Positions 30,925 through 32,000 of a stretch of 32,000 nt of DNA are shown in pieces; positions within the stretch are counted from its first letter, which is position 1, and every line of letters starts with the position of its first letter. The translations under genes were made by a program, and so were the position numbers. The notes beneath the pieces were generated by a model, which was given only the letters and a program-made list of their open reading frames with translations, had not been told where the DNA came from and made no database searches. Source of the DNA: Clostridium sp. (GTDB taxonomy: Bacteria > Bacillota > Clostridia > Clostridiales > Clostridiaceae); the NCBI RefSeq assembly GCF_050717515.1, contig NZ_JBOITL010000032.1:1-32000 (forward strand), written 5' to 3'.

Positions 30925-32000
30925 CTACTCTCCTTTTAATTCTGTTATAAGATTTAACCTGAAGAATTTTCTTACACTCATTATTGATATTAAAAAACTC
31001 ATCACTATAGTTGCCAAAGAGGGTATTATAATATTAAAACTACTAAACTGTAACTCTTTTATATTCAGGATCATTGTAAAGTTCTGCTTAATAAATGGAG
31101 TTAACAAATTAGTCAATATTGATGCGGAAATTATAGAACATACTGATATTAAAATAAGTTCGATAAAAATCTGTTTCCAAATTATTTTTTTTGTTGCACC
31201 AAGTGCAATACTTATTAAAATGCATTTTTTAGTTTTTAACATTAAATAAAATATTAGAATACTTATATTACCTACTGATATTAGTATAATTAAACATCCT
31301 GCAAATATAGTTATAGATAGTTTGTTATAAAAATCGGATAATTGACCATTCATATCAACTTCTCTTACACTTACATTTGATAGTTTGTTTAAATCAACTA
31401 ATAATGCTTTCATTTCATTTTTAGGATTTCCATTATTTTTTAATAAATATATTTCAATTGTTTTTATCTCTTTTTTGTTTTTGTCAGGCAGTGATTCTAA
31501 TGGAATAAATACACTTCCTAAATAATTAGTATAATTCTCTGTTAGTTTACCTACAACACCTATAACGTTAAATTTTTCTCCGCCTATTACTATAGTATTA
31601 TCTAGTTTATTAGTTAGTTTATTAGCGACTACTCCTGCACCAATAACCGCAATTTTAGATTTTGAGCAACTTTCATCTGGTTTTAGATATCTTCCTTTAT
31701 TAATCTTTGGAATCCATTCTGGATTCTGTGTGAATAATACCGGTTGAAGTTGAACTTGCCATTCAGCACCATTACTTGGTATTGTTTCTGTTAATCCATT
31801 TATTCTTATAGCAATTGTTTTTGAATACTTTTTTAGTACATTTACTAATTTATCATAATCTATACTATTTGAATTGTTAATATTTACAGAAATTAACTTT
31901 TGGTGATCGATTTCACCATTTGTCCAATCCAAAGTCATATTTTTGCTAAGATTAACAAAATAAACTCCAAATGAGATGACTAGCAAAACAGTAACATATG
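30925..32000 (-). CDS. FtsX/MacB-type ABC permease, subunit A (5' end outside the window)
   Basis: The frame stays open upstream of the track's TTG (31986) to the window edge (..YVTVLLVISFG). It has the same topology, and the FtsX-like segment is KKCILISIALGAT. Confidence 0.7.
   Translation of the reverse strand, partial: YVTVLLVISFGVYFVNLSKNMTLDWTNGEIDHQKLISVNINNSNSIDYDKLVNVLKKYSKTIAIRINGLTETIPSNGAEWQVQLQPVLFTQNPEWIPKINKGRYLKPDESCSKSKIAVIGAGVVANKLTNKLDNTIVIGGEKFNVIGVVGKLTENYTNYLGSVFIPLESLPDKNKKEIKTIEIYLLKNNGNPKNEMKALLVDLNKLSNVSVREVDMNGQLSDFYNKLSITIFAGCLIILISVGNISILIFYLMLKTKKCILISIALGATKKIIWKQIFIELILISVCSIISASILTNLLTPFIKQNFTMILNIKELQFSSFNIIIPSLATIVMSFLISIMSVRKFFRLNLITELKGE

Overview
AT-rich (hand-sampled about 20-30% GC) Clostridium-like Firmicute DNA, almost entirely devoted to cell-envelope stress and antibiotic-resistance functions. 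The organism call rests on composition and protein families only. Left third (1-11.5 kb): an unconventionally organised glycopeptide-resistance locus. Two diverged copies of a vanY-(vanR)-vanS module sit at 382-2728 (vanR reduced to a 3' remnant) and 8538-11432 (intact). Between them lie a DUF218/SanA-family membrane protein, a zone of gene remnants (MBL-fold, TetR-like, serine recombinase) and a clearly GC-richer vanH / D-Ala-D-Lac ligase / vanX cassette (5451-8057). The same activator-type promoter (three TCTTAAG boxes plus a -10) occurs three times, in front of vanY-1, vanH and vanY-2. The cassette is bracketed by direct repeats of about 210 bp carrying that promoter. Middle (11.6-21.7 kb): tandem undecaprenyl-pyrophosphate phosphatases (uppP with no canonical start codon, then a PAP2/BcrC-like gene) and a cupin. 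Then comes a TlpA-like thioredoxin lipoprotein, a CD1871A-type small CXXC protein and a NapH-like polyferredoxin membrane protein. These are followed by an ABC-2 transporter (permease-ATPase-permease), a second OmpR/HK pair and yccF. The redox triad and the ABC operon are each preceded by the same 61-nt promoter with TAAGGTT boxes, so they look like one regulon. I consider this the best candidate here for an uncharacterised system. Short decayed fragments of a paralogue of the polyferredoxin gene lie downstream of both vanY copies. Right third (21.9-32 kb): an HD-domain gene with a long structured leader and a third OmpR/HK pair. After these come a 106-nt inverted-repeat element, a 773-aa orphan lipoprotein, a metallophosphoesterase, a truncated aromatic-acid-exporter-like gene, and a MacB/LolCDE-like ABC system with two distinct FtsX permeases (running off the window). 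I saw no rRNA, tRNA, CRISPR array or intact transposase. All homology statements are by-eye motif recognition, not database searches.
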